Counted from the first letter of the stretch, positions 25,214 through 37,976 are shown. The stretch is 64,000 bases of DNA from Mobula hypostoma (GCF_963921235.1 NC_086097.1:103294001-103358000), one strand, 5' to 3'. Program-made: numbers and translations. The notes: generated by a model not told the origin, from the letters alone.

Positions 25214-26235
25214 CTAACGAGTAAACTATGGGGGTTGTACTGACTTACGAAATTGTGTAATGTATAATGTAGAGATGTGCAGGGATGTCTTAGATTGTGA
25301 GTGCCCTGTGACTGAGGGGTGGAATGGAGTAAGAATCCTCCAATGTCAGTTAGAGAGCACTAGGAACAATTGCTGGGACCAAATGTGTGATGTGTTGGGG
25401 AAGGGTGACCTGGGTGCTGGGTGACCAAGGTATTGTCTCTGCAGACTTGAGCCTGTAGTGCCCAAGGCAATGGTCACGTGATGGGTTGAGCTGGACAAAG
25501 GATTGACCCAGGCAGGGTCAGAGAGAAGTGACCAAGGTATAAAAGAATGAGCACACCGGTAGTGAGGTCTCTTGCATTTGGGCTCACTACAGGTTAGGTC
25601 GCAAGTGACGCTGTGGGCAAATTGGAAACTGGTTCAGGTACACTTTGGAGATAAGAACCACTTTTTGTAACTTAGCAGTAAAGTGTTGTCTGCAGCATTG
25701 TATGTGCAAGGCTTATTTTTATCAGACCTGTGAAAGTCCTTAACTTCCGGCGCAACAGATTCTATCGCAGCATGATAGAATACATGTGAAAAGAGGGGGA
25801 GGGGGCAGCAGTGGAAGACTGGAAATCAAACATGACTTATTGTGATTCTGGAATTGCAATTTTGCAGCCAAAGGCACTGACCAGCATGAAGGTCATTAAA
25901 GGCTCACATGGAATTAAGCAAAGCTGATGGGTAAACCTTTGGTTTGTCAGTGATGCACAAGTACTGGGCACTGATGGGAGTCCAGCTCTTGGTATGTTGG
26001 TGAAGGGCATGGTCTCTCCTGGTGTAGACTCCGGTGACGAACAGTGTAAATAGCTATGAGGCCTCAGCTCACTGGCTGCAATGCTTACCAATAAAGTTGA
26101 ATGATTGTATAGACAAGGGAAAAATTTGGAATTTGTCACATCAAAAATAATAAATTACAAAAAAGGTTGGAAAAAGTAAAGATCACAGCCACTTAAAGCA
26201 AACATTTCATTTAAAAATTGATTTGCTAGTCAAAC

Positions 26236-26450
26236 TGCTGCCTCACAACTCCAGTGAGATGGGTTCCACAGTGACTTCTGATGCTCCCTTTGTGGAGTTT
26301 GCATGTTTTCCCTATGACTGCCTGTCTTTTTTCTTGGTGTTCTAGTTTCCTTCCACATCCCTGAAATGCATGGGTTAGCAGGTTCATTGGAAACAGTAAA
26401 TTGTCCTTAGTTGTCGATAAGTGATAGAATTTACTGAGGATGGGAGAATG
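26236..26450 (+). mobile_element. V-SINE/HE1-like SINE (relatives ~2250-2540 -, ~10720-10955 -, ~54955-55270 +, ~56610-56830 -)
   Basis: GCTGCCTCACA..., TGTGGAGTTTGCATGTT..CC, TTTCCTTCCACATCCC typical of the V-SINE central domain. Confidence 0.65.
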
Positions 26451-26759
26451 TGAGGTGTAGTCCATCTGGTCCGGTGATTTATCTACCTTCAGACCTTGCA
26501 GTTTCCCAAGCACCTTCTTCTTAGTAACAACAATCACACTCACTTCTGCCCACTGATATTCTTGAATTTCTGGCATGCTGCTAGTGTCTTTCACAGTAAA
26601 GACTGATGCAAAATACTTATGAAGTTCATCTGCCAAGTGGTCCGATATCCACTCTTGCCTCTATTTTACTCTTTGTATATCTGAAAAAAACCTTTGTTAT
26701 CCAGTTTTGTATTATTGGCTAGTTTACCTTCATATTTTATCTTTTCTAACCTTATGGCC

Positions 26760-28364
26760 TTTTGTCAGTAGCTGCTGTGCTTCCTCCATCTGGTCAGAGA
26801 GCAAGACTATGTCATCTGCAAAATCAAGATCTGTGGGTGTAACTGGTCTGACCCTTTTGGTTCGCCCTGGTTTTATGGTAAAACCAAGCTTGTCATGATC
26901 TTTAGTAGCTTGCCGCAGAGCGTAATCAAGGACCATTATAAAGATGTGGGGTGTCAGAGCGTCTCCTTGCAGCACACCAGCTAGGAGCTCGAACACTGCT
27001 GTTTCTCCGTCTGGTGATACAACTTTCGCCATGGTTTTGGTATAGCTGGACTCTATTGTTCTCAGTAGATGGTCTGGCACTCTGTAAGCTTTCAGGATCT
27101 TTAGCATTTTACCTCGGTGAATGGAGTCAAAAGCTTTGTGGAAATCGATGTAAGTAAGCACGGCTGGTAGGTTGTTCTTCTTGACTTTCTCGATGATCCT
27201 ACGGAGAGCAAGTATTTGCATTACTGTTGTGCGCTTCTGCCGAAAACCATTCTGATTGAATCCTAGCTTAGGATCAATGGCAGTGCGAATCCTGTTCAAA
27301 ATCATCAGATTGTATAGCTTTGCTAAGATGCAGGTGGAGCTGATACTGCGGTAGTTATCTGTCTTTGTGAGGGATCCAGACTTGGGGACTTGGAAAATGT
27401 TTGAGAGTGACCACTGTTCTGGTTTCTTGCCTTTCATCAATGCCGTATTACATATGTCCAGCAAGATGTCGTCCAGGCCGCAGTTCTTCAGGACGTCTGG
27501 CAGTATCCCATCTGGTCCAGCGCTCCTGCCCTGTTTGAGTGCATATTTGATCTTCTTCAGTTCCTCAATGGTGAATGGGCCGTCATCGATGTCGACTTGA
27601 GTTAGTCTCGTGGGTATGTCCTCTTCTTCTTCCTCTTCTGACAAAACTGGAAATAGAATGCAATAAAGTTGGACTTCACCTAAACACTGAAAAGACAGAG
27701 TACATGGCGTTTAACTGCGACGAAGGTACTCTCAAGACCATAGAGAATGATACCATTAAGAAAGTCTTTGACTACAAGTACCTCGGGTCAAGAATGATGA
27801 GTTCAGAGAAGGACATAAAGATACGGAAGGCGCTGGCGTGGAGGGCTATGAACGACATGAAGGAAATCTGGAAGTCAAACCTGACCAGAGGGCTTAAAAA
27901 GAGGATTTTCAGAGCAGTCATAGAGTCCATTCTCACGTACGGATGCGAGGCGTGGGCACTCACCAAGACGATGCTCAAGTCTCTAGATGGTTGCTATACA
28001 CGAAGGCTCCGGATGGCTCTTGATGTGAGTTGGCAACAGCACATGACGAACGTTGAGCTCTATAACAACCTACCGATGCTCTCCACTAAAATCGAGGCGA
28101 GAAGACTGCAACTAGCGGGGCACTGTCTACGCCACCCCGAGCTACCTGCCAGCCTAGTCATCATATGGGAGCCCAAGCACGGGAGGATGAACCCTGGGCG
28201 CCCTCCCAAGACTATGGTCAACATGCTCCTAGAAGACAGCGGCGCGGCTAATGTAGATGAACTGAACACACTGATGAGGGAGAGGGAGAAGTGGAGAGTC
28301 TGTCATCATGCCCAACACCAGCCCCCTAGGCCTGAGTCGACGTAGTAGTAGTAGCAGTAGTGAT
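26760..28364. mobile_element. RTE-clade LINE with inverted 5' half (26760-27637 minus, 27638-28364 plus)
   Basis: Minus ORF ends DLDFADDIVLL...QQLLTK and plus ORF resumes LTKLEIECNKVGL; (GTA)n tail; TSD-like CTTATGGCYTTTT at 26751-26763 and 28365-28377. Confidence 0.9.
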
Positions 28365-28382
28365 CTTATGGCTTTTTTTTTT

Positions 28383-30790
28383 ACATAGAAACATAGAAAA
28401 CCTAAAGCACAATACAGGCCCTTCGGCCCACAAAGCTGTGCCAAACATGTCCTTACCTTGGAAATTACCTAGGGTTACCCATATCCCTCTATTTTTCTGA
28501 GCACCATGTACCTGTCTAGAAGTCTCTAAAAAAGACCCTATCGTATCCATCTCCACTTCTGTTACTGGCAGCCCATTCAATGCACTCACCACTCTCCGTA
28601 AAAAAAAAACGACTAACCCCTGACATCTCCTCTGCACCTACTTCCAAGCACCTTAAAACTGTGTCCTCTTGTGCTAGCCGTTTCAGCCCTGAGAAAAAGC
28701 CTTTGTCTATCCACATGATCAGTGCCTCTCATCATCTTATACACCTCTATCAGGTCACCTCTCAATCCTCCGTCGCTCCAAAGGGAAAAGGCCGAGTTCA
28801 CTCAGCCTATTCTCGTAAGTCATGCTCCCCAATCCAGGCAACATCCTTGTAAATCTCCTCTGCACCCCTTTCTGTGGTTTCCACATTCTTCCTATAGTGA
28901 GGTGACCAGAACTGAGCACAGTACTCCAAGTGGGGTCTGACTAGGGTCCTATATAGCTGCAACATTACCTCTTGGCTCCTGAAGTCAATCCCATGATTGA
29001 TGAAGGCCAATGCACAGTATGCTTTCTTAACCACAGAGTCAACCTACGCAGCAGATTTGAGTGTCTTATGGACTCGGACCCCAAGATCCTCTCTGATCCT
29101 CCATACTGCCAAGAGTCTTATCATTTAATACTATATTCTATCATCATATTTGACCTACCAAAGTGAACCACCTCACAGTTATCTGGGTTGAACTCCATCT
29201 GCCACTTCTCAGCCCAGTTTTGCATCCAATCAGTGTCCTGCTATAACCTCTGAAAGCCCTCCACACTATCCATAACGCCTCCAACCTTTGTGTCACCAGC
29301 AAATTTACTAACCCATCCCTCCACTTTCTCATCCAGGTTATTTATAAAAATCACAAAGAGTAGGGGTCCCAGAACAGATCCCTGAGGCACACTACTGGTG
29401 ACCGACCTCCATGCAGAATATGACCCGTCTACAACCACTTCTTGCGTTCTGTGGGCAAGCCAGTTCTGGATCCACTAAGCAATATCCCCTTGGATCCCAT
29501 GCCTCCTTACTTTCTCAGTAAGCCTTGCATGGGGTACTTTGTCAAATGCTTTTCTGAAATCCATATACACTACATCTACTGCTCTACCTTCATCAACGTG
29601 TTTAGTCACATCCTCAAAAAATTCAATCAGGCTCGTAAGGCACGACCTGCCTTTCAGAAAGCCATGCTGACTATTCCTAATCTTATTATGCCTCTCCAAA
29701 TGTTCATAAATCCTGCCCCTCAACTTATCAACCACTGAAGTAAGAATCACTGGTCTATAATTTCCTGGGCTATCTCTACTCCCTGTCTTGAATAATGGAA
29801 CAACATTTGCAACTCTCCAATCCTCTGGAACCACTCCCGTTCCCATTGATGATGTAAAGATCATTGCCAGAGGCTCCACAATCTCCTCCCTCGCCTTCCA
29901 CAGTAGCCTGAGGTACATCATGTCCGGTCCTGGTGACTTATCCATCTTGATGCTTTCCAAAAGCTCCAGCACATCCTCTTTTTTAATATCTACATGCTTA
30001 AGCTTTTCAGTCTGCTCTAAGTCATCCCTACAATCGCCAAGAACCTTTTCTGTAGTGAATACTGAAGCAAAGTACTCATTAAGTACCTCTGCTATCTCCT
30101 GCTGTTCCATACACACTTTTCCACTGTCACACTTGATTGGTCCTATTCTCTCATATCTTATCCTCTTGCTCTTCACATACTTGTAGAATGCCTTGGGATT
30201 TTCCTTAATTCTGTCTGCCAAGGCCTTCTCATGGCCCCTTCTGGCTCTCCTAATTTCTTCCTTAAACTCCTTCCTGCTAGCCTTATAATCGTCCAGATCT
30301 CTGTCATTACCTAGTGTTTTGAACCTTTCGTAAGCTCTTCTTTTCTTATTGACTAGATTTACAACAGCCTTTGTACACCACGGTTCCTGTACCCTACCAT
30401 CCTTTCCCTGTTCATTGGAATGTACCTCTGCAGAACTCTACGCAAATTACCCCTGAACATTTGCCACATTTCTTGTGTATATTTCCCTGAGAACATCTGT
30501 TCCCAATTTATGCTTTCAAGTTCTTGCCTGATAGCCTCATATTTCCCCCTGAAACATCTAAAGCCTAGCACTCGAAGTAACCATTCTTGCCCCTGAGCCA
30601 TCCAAGTCTCTGTAATGGACACAACATCATAGCCCCAAGTACTGATCCACGCTCTAAGCTCATCCGCTTTGTTCATAATGCTCATTGCATTAAAATAGAC
30701 ACGTCTCAAACCATTGGTCTGAGCACGTCCTTTCTCTATCACTTCCCTCTCGTACTCCCTCCAAGCTTTCTCTATTTGTGAGCCAAATGT
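28383..30790 (-). mobile_element. CR1 LINE with internal deletions, nested in an older CR1 (26450-26750, 30790-31320)
   Basis: ORF 29475-30221 (KENPKAFYKY, SQHGFLKGRSCLT, YMDFRKAFDKVPH), endonuclease start YFNAMSIMNK; (CATAGAAA)n tail. Confidence 0.88.
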
Positions 30791-33284
30791 TGGTTTTTAG
30801 TTTTCTTCTGTTGGTTTTTAAAAGCTTCCTAATCCACAAATTTCCCACTAATGTGTGCTACTGTATGACCTCTCTTTTATTTTTATTCTGTATGTGACTT
30901 CACTTGCCAGCCACGGTTGCCTCATCCTCCCTATTGAATACTTCAACTTTGGGATTTATTTATTCTGCACCTTCTGAATTGTCCACAGAAACTCCAGTCA
31001 TTGCTGCTCTGTTATCACTCTTGATAAAGTCCTTCTTCCAATTAACTTTGGCTAGTTCCCCTCTCATGCCAGTGTAATTCTCTATACTCCACTGTAATAC
31101 TGATATACCTGACTTTGTCTTCTCCCTCTCAACTGCAGAGTGATTTATATTATGTTCACTGTCTCCTAAGGGTTCCTTTACCTTAGGATCCCGAATTAAG
31201 TCTGCTTCATTGCACAACACCCAATCCAGCATTGCTTTTCTCTTTGTGGCTGAACAACAAGCTGGTCTAAAAAGCCATGTCATGGGTAATCTATAAATTC
31301 CCTTTCTTGGGATCTAGCACCACCTTAGTAGGTCAGGCTGCATCTGCAGAGAGAGAAACAATTAACATTTCAGGGCGAAGATTCTTTGTCAGAACTAGGA
31401 AATAAGAAAAAGCAAGCTAATTTCACATTGCAGGGATGGTGCGGCATGGATGGTGAGACAATCTGAAAGCATGAGGCAAAGTTGCCCCAGTGATAAATTG
31501 GTAGATTAAGTCAACTGGTTGACAGATTATTGAAAACACCAAGAGAAAATATAAAAAGGAGTATAAGGTGTGAAATGTAGACTAGAGCTGCAGGAACTGC
31601 TCTGCAGATCAGGCACCTTCAGTGAAAAGAGTAAGAAGTGAGTTATTACAGGGATGGGTACACTACAGTAGAACTCAACAGTTCTGATACAAAGATTTTA
31701 ACCCTATGAACCACAACAGCTATTTTAGCTATACACATACACGTACTCTGCTTCTTGTATGGGCACTGTTCTTCCAGCCTCTTTGCTTCTTTGCTTCTGT
31801 TGTATTTGCTTCCAGGAATTTCCATACGAGTGCTCTGTGACAGTTATAGTTGACAGAGACCTTGAATATATTTCATTTATTTCTTATACTTATGCCCTCA
31901 TGCTGTCTCCTTGAAAGAGAAAAGATCCCTCTTCCACCCTACAAACCTCTACTTTAGTGAATCATTCTTAACAATTTATTTCCCCTTCATTGAGACTTCA
32001 CCAGCTGTCAGATCTTTCCTTCCTCTCCTTTTTGGCATTCTGAAAGGTCTGTGTGACTATGTTAAGATCTTCAATCTCCACTAATCATTCCTCTACTGAC
32101 TGCACTACACCAAGCAACCTATAGAAGTGCAACGCCTATACTTTCACTTTGTCCTTTCTCACTATCCAGGAACCAAATCAAATCGTTCAGATTCACTTGC
32201 ATTTACAACTTCCTGCACTACATTTAGTGTTTACATTGTTGTTTCCTCTATATTGGAGAAACAAAATATAGATTGGATGAGTGCTTTCGGAGGACATGTG
32301 CTCAGTGCACAGGTTCACCTGTGACCTTCCAGTCTGCTGTCACATTAATACTCAATCCGATTCGTGTTCTGTTTATGGCTTCTTGTTTGATTCCAGTGAG
32401 ACCCAATATATAAACCACACTCTATCTTTTATTTCTGCACATAGCAGTTTTCCAGTTTGAGTTCAACAATTTGAGATAACTGACTTTCTACATTCAGTGG
32501 CCACTTTATTAGGTGCACCTGTACACTTCTTGTTAATGCAAATATCAAAGCAGCCTATTCTGTGGTAGCAACTCAATACATAAAAGCATGCAGACTTGGT
32601 CAAGAGGTTCAGTTGTTGTTCAGACCGAACATCAGAATGAGAAAGAAATGTGATCTAAGTGACTTTGACTGTGGAATGATTATTGATGCCAGACAGGGTG
32701 ATCTGAGTATCTCAAAAAATGCTGGTCTTTTGGGATTTTTTGCACATATTCTCTAGAGTTTAGAAAGTGGTGCAAAAAACAAAAAGCATCCAGTGAGTGG
32801 CCGTCTGTGGGCAAAAATGTCTTGTTAATGAGAGGGTTTAGAGGAGAATGACCAGACTGGTTCGAGCTTACAGGAAGGCGATAATAACTCAAATAACCAA
32901 GTGTGTGCAGAAGAGCACCTCTGATTGCACATGTCGAACCTTGAAATGATGGGCTACGGCAGGAGAAGACCACTGACATACATTCATTGGCTACTTTAAT
33001 AGGTTCAGGATGTCCTGTTTTTTTTCAGACTGGCCAGTACTGCTATAGCATATTGTTGGAGCTCTATTTGTTTTCTGATTCTTTAAGATTTCTTCCGGGA
33101 GTTAGAAATGATGAGCAGTCTTAATTCCAAAGTAGTTTATTTTACTGTAAAAACAAACATGAATACTAAGCAAACCTTAGAAAGGAATAAACTAGTTTAT
33201 AGGCTACATAATTAAAGCAATCACATCACGTTGGGTAGTGTGTTAATACTTAGCCGATGAAAAATGAGAAAGGTGATAAACTTA

Positions 33285-34474
33285 GGCTATGTCCACACTA
33301 GACCGGATAATTTTGAAAACGCCGGTTTCACGTAGAAACGACAGGTGTCCGCACTAGGCGTTTTTAAAAATACCTCTGTTCTCATTAAAACGGATATTTG
33401 GGCGAATCCCCTCCTACTGGGCATGCGCAGGAAACACAGAAAACAAGTGAAGAGGAAACGGTATACTTGGTGCGCGTTTGTCCAGTTACAGACTAGAAAA
33501 ACTTAAAAGGAAATTGCCAAATGAAAGACTTGGTGTGTGTTTGTTCAGTTACAGACTAGAACAACTTAAAAGGAAGTTGCCAAATGAAAGACTTGGTGCG
33601 TGTTTGTCCAGTTACGGACTAGAAAAACTTAAAAGGAAATTGCCAAATGAAAGACTTGGTGTGCGTTTGTCCAGTTACGGACTAGAACAACTTAAAAGGA
33701 AGTTGCCAAATGAAAGACTTGGTGTGCGTTTGTCCAGTTACGGACTAGAAAAACTTTAAAGGAAATTGCCAAACGAAAGATATGGTGTGCGTTTGTCCAG
33801 TTACGGACTAGAAAAACTTTAAAGGAAATTGCCAAACGAAAGATATGGTGCGAGTTTGTCCAGAAACATTTCCTACAGCCATAGTGTCTTCACCGATGAA
33901 AGGGACGACAGCTACAACTAAATGCAATAAGGCTTGTTACTGGGCAAAAGTGAAATTTGTTGTTACCTCATTTGTTTGCCTTTACTTTTGCCATGTCTTT
34001 GTATATTACTTTGCTGTGTTTAACGTGCAATAAAATGAGTTACTGGGCAAAAGTGACAATTGCATCTATTGAATGTTTGCACAAGCAATACATTAATGAA
34101 GCATCTTGCTAAATGTATAAAACACGTCTGCATCAGTGTTATCTTGTATTTCCATACAATGTTACATTCGGCTGTTATACATCTATTGTCAGATATTGTT
34201 GTGGTGTTGGAGGTTGCATTCAAGAAAACAATGAAATGCAGTGCTGCTGCCACCATTTGTTCTGGCATGTCATGACAGCGGTTTTTAAAATAGCCGGTTA
34301 CACTGTACACACTACGCCGGATATTAGGCATTTTCAGATGTATTCACTCTGGAGAGCGTTTCTGAAAATCTCAGTTTTTGGGGGAGGAAAACGCCCTTTC
34401 AGTGTGGACAGAGGGTCAAAACGAAGAGAAAAAGCTTTGGTTACGGATTTATCCGGTCTAGTGTGGACGTAACC
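33285..34474. mobile_element. non-autonomous PIF/Harbinger DNA transposon
   Basis: 26-bp TIRs GGCTATGTCCACACTAGACCGGATAA / TTATCCGGTCTAGTGTGGACGTAACC with TTA target duplication (33282-33284, 34475-34477). Confidence 0.9.
33465..33863. repeat. 63-bp minisatellite, about 6.3 copies
   Basis: Unit ACTTGGTGYGYGTTTGTCCAGTTACRGACTAGAAMAACTTAAAAGGAARTTGCCAAATGAAAG repeated head to tail without spacers. Confidence 0.97.
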
Positions 34475-34576
34475 TTAGTTTAGCTGTTATACTGCTTTCT
34501 GCCAGTGAGTGGGGATGAACCATTACATACTGTGAAAAATAGCTGCGTTTGTTAAAACCACAAATCTTATAAAATG

Positions 34577-35085
34577 ACACAGGCCAGGCAGCATCTATAG
34601 GAAGAAGTACAGTCGACATTTCAGGCTGGGACTGTTTGTCAGGACTAACTGAAAGAAGAGATGGTAAGAGATTTGAAAGTGGGAGGGGGAGATCTGAAAT
34701 GATAGGAGAAGACAGGAGGGGGAGGGATGGAGCCAAGAACTGGACAGGTGATTGGCAAAAGGGATATGAGGCTGGAGAAGGGAGAGGATCATGGGACGGG
34801 AGGCCTAGGGAGAAAGAAAGGGGGAGGGGAGCACCAGAGAAAGATGAAGAGCAGGCAAGGAGTGATTGTGAGAGGGACAGAGAGAGAAGGAAAAAAAGGG
34901 GAAAATAAATAAGGGATGGGGTAAGAAGGGGAGGAGGGGCATTAACGGAAGCTAGAGAAATCAGTATTCATGCCATCAGGTTGGAGGCTACCCAGATGGA
35001 ATATAAGGTGTTGTTCCTCCAACCTGAGTGTGGCTTCATCTTGACAGTAGAGGAGGCCATGGATTGACATATCAGAATGGAATGG
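34577..35085 (-). mobile_element. Penelope-like element 3' end with degenerate hammerhead motif (34611-34646)
   Basis: Minus strand encodes EATLRLEEQHLIFHLGSLQPDGMNTDFS (GIY-YIG C-terminus), then pyrimidine tract and CTGACAA...GAAATGTCGACT. Confidence 0.82.
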
Positions 35086-35264
35086 ACCTCATTAGTTTCC
35101 AATAATATCAATCAATAATACTGTTAATTTGTACTCCTCTGATACTGCCTGTTTACTATATATTTCCTTTGTTTTTAGAAATGGGAAAAATGTTGAATTC
35201 CAATCATAAATGTGTTTCTCTGATTAAATATTTGGAAATTAATCTCTAACTCTAACTGGCGCAA

Positions 35265-36533
35265 AAATCTAGATTAACTATTACAGGGAAGATTCTAGCA
35301 TGGATAAAGCAGTCAACACACATCAAAGTTGCTGGTGAACGCAGCAGGCCAGGCAGCATCTCTAGGAAGAGGTGCTGCCTGGCCTGCTGCGTTCACCAGC
35401 AACTTTGATGTGTGTTGCTTGAATTTCCAGCATCTGCAGAATTCCTGTTGTTTGCATGGATAAAGCAGTGGCTGATTGGCAGGAGGCAGAGAGTGGGAGT
35501 GAAGGGAGCTTTTTCTGGTTGGCTGCCTAGTGGTGTTGCATAGGGTCTGTTTTGGGACCGATTCTTTTTACATTATATGTCAGTGATTTGGATGATGGAA
35601 TTAGTAGCTTTGTTGCAAAGTTTGCAGGCACTATGAAGATAGGTCGAGGGGCAGGTAGTTTGAGGAAATAGGCTACAGAAGGACTTAGACAAATTAGGAG
35701 AATAGGCAAAGAAATTTCTGATGGAATATATGTCAGTAAGTGTAGGATCATGCACTTTAGAAGAAGAAATGAAAGGGTTGACTATTTTCTAAATGGAGAG
35801 AAAGTACAAAAAACTGAGACTCAAGGGACTTGGGAGTCCTTGTGCAGGATTTCCTAAAGGTTAATTTGCAGGTTAAGTCTGTGGTGAGGAAGGCAAATGT
35901 GATGTTGGCATTTATTTTAAGAGGACTAGAATATAGAAGCAAGGATGTAATGTTGAGACTTTATAAAGCACTGGTGAGGCCTCACTTGGAGTATTGTGAG
36001 CAGCTTTAGGTCCCTTATCTTAGAAAGGATGTGCTGAAACTGGAGAAGGTTCAAAGGAGATTCATGAAAATGATTCCAGGATTGAATGGCCTGTCATATG
36101 AAGAGTGTTTGATGGCTGTGGGTCTGTATTGACTAAAATTCAGAAGATTGAGGGTGACGTCATTGAAACTTATCGAATGGTGAAAGGTATTGGTAGAGTG
36201 GATGTGGTGAGGATGTTTCCTAAGATAGGGAGAGTCTAAGACCAGAGGGACAGCTCTCAGAATAGAGGGGCATCCTTTTAGAATGGAGATGAGAAAGAAT
36301 TTCCTTTGCCAGAGAGTAGTGAATCTGTGGAATTCTTTGCCACAGGCAGCTGTAGCAGGCTAGGTTTTTATGTATATTTAAGGCAGAGTTTGAATGATTC
36401 TTGACTGGTGAGGGCATGAAGGGATACTGGAAGAAGGCAGGAGATTGAGACTGAGAGGGAAATTGGATCAGCCATGCTGAAATGGTGGAACAGACCTGAT
36501 GTGCCAAATAGCCTAACTTGCTCCTATATCTTA
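35265..36533 (+). mobile_element. 5'-truncated CR1 LINE
   Basis: GSVLGP, FVAKFA, RPHLEYCEQ, FFxQRVVNLWN motifs with frameshifts. Confidence 0.88.
35314..35453. repeat. 140-bp Penelope-tail hairpin insertion with 16-bp TSD
   Basis: 50-bp inverted repeat 35314-35363/35368-35417 with one mismatch; GCATGGATAAAGCAGT at 35298-35313 and 35454-35469. Confidence 0.93.
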
Positions 36534-37976
36534 TTTTAAAAACTTGTTTTGTGACAGCTGTACAGTGCCAGACACGAAAATCACTGTAATTTAAAAAATA
36601 GTCCAAAATACAAATAACGAGGTAGAGTTCATGGACTGTACAGTATTGCGAAGAGGGCCTTTAATGATGTCTACCACCTTCTTGACGCACCAACTTTTGA
36701 GAGCAAAATTTGATTAGCCATGATTGAAAGTCAGAGCAGGCTCGATGGGCCAAATGGCCTTGTTGTGCTCCTCTATCTTATAGTTTTATGGTATATTTTA
36801 GATGAGTCTCAAACAGAAGCCTAAACTGTCATTATCACAGAGTACCATCTATAGATGAAAGGAACTGCCTTTAGTTCCTGCCTTTGACCAAAGGGCCTTT
36901 GGGGATTCAAGATTCATTTATTATCAAAGAATGTATAAATTACACAATCTTGAGATTTGTTTGCTCACAGGTAGCCACAAAGCAAGAAACGCAAAAGAAC
37001 TCAATTTAAAGAAAAGAATAAAAAATAAAAATAAAAGACCAACATTCAGTGCGCAAGCGGAAAAAAATACAAGTCATGCAAACAATTGAAGTGAGCAACA
37101 GCCTTCCAAGTGTAAAATGAGTCCTCAGATCCGAAACCCGGAGTAGACCCAAAGCTTCGCTTTTCAGTTCATCATATTATCGGGCATGGAGCACGACAGC
37201 AGTGGCAGCATGGAAATGACCATCGTGGAGAACGAGTGAAATCAGCTCTGGTCCTGACCAGCACTTTGTCTTTTCAGTCGATCTGGGTCAGTGTTTTAAA
37301 TTGATTCAACGATGGAACAGTGAAAGGCTCTGACACCCTGGAGAGAATAGAGAACATCGCGAAGAGTGACCAAAATCTGCTCTCGCATTTGATCTGGGCC
37401 AGCAATTACATTGTCTGAACAGCCATTGTACCTCGCACTAGGACTCAGGCACCGCTGCTACGAAAGGCCCCGGGCCTAGACCACACCGCCCAGTGACTCA
37501 CTGTGGACCCAGATTTTGTCACCCAGCCCAAAGCCACCCTCAAGCTCATCAAATCACTTGGTGCCCAGAGTGATCCAACCTCGCACCCAGGCCAGTTGTA
37601 TGAGCATCAAAATCAAATCTCCTTTGCTCAGGCCCTGACATCCTACACTGCCCAGAGCAATCTAACCTCACTCCTGGCTCAGTCGTATAGGCATCAGAAC
37701 TCCATCTGCATCAATTCATCCCCCGAACTCACCTAGCCATCACTCGTTCCTTCACTGTTTGCGGTGATAATCTAACACAATTTCCCTCAGAGAAGGTATT
37801 TGTAATGATATTCTAAGTCTGATTTCTTCAATTGTTGACTACCAGGAAGCTGTCACACATGTTCAGCAGCACCATTTTAACCAGGATGTCTTGTTTGTGA
37901 ATGACAAACTTTATGTAGTTTTTTTTCCCCTTTATCTCTTATTGATCGAATGCCTACATTTTATCCTATTTTTCAG

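Larger units (their letters stand above)
21801..25757 (+). mobile_element. endogenous retrovirus, class III (ERV-L/HERV-S-like), RT-deleted; LTRs 21801-22243 and 25325-25757
   Basis: Two ~440-bp TG...CA direct repeats, TATAAAA 22014, AATAAA 22160, PBS TGGCATCACGAACAGGAT 22246-22263, PPT GAGGGGTGGAA before 25325; gag, pro, IN and env remnants. Confidence 0.92.

Noticed and set aside
21790..25765. Target-site duplication for the ERV
   Set aside because: Flanks GGTGG and GATTC do not match, so none is claimed.
33465..33863. CRISPR-like array or 21-aa repeat protein (ORF 33478-33759)
   Set aside because: Head-to-tail repeats without unique spacers, no cas genes, vertebrate intron; the ORF is a by-product of a 63-bp unit inside a MITE.
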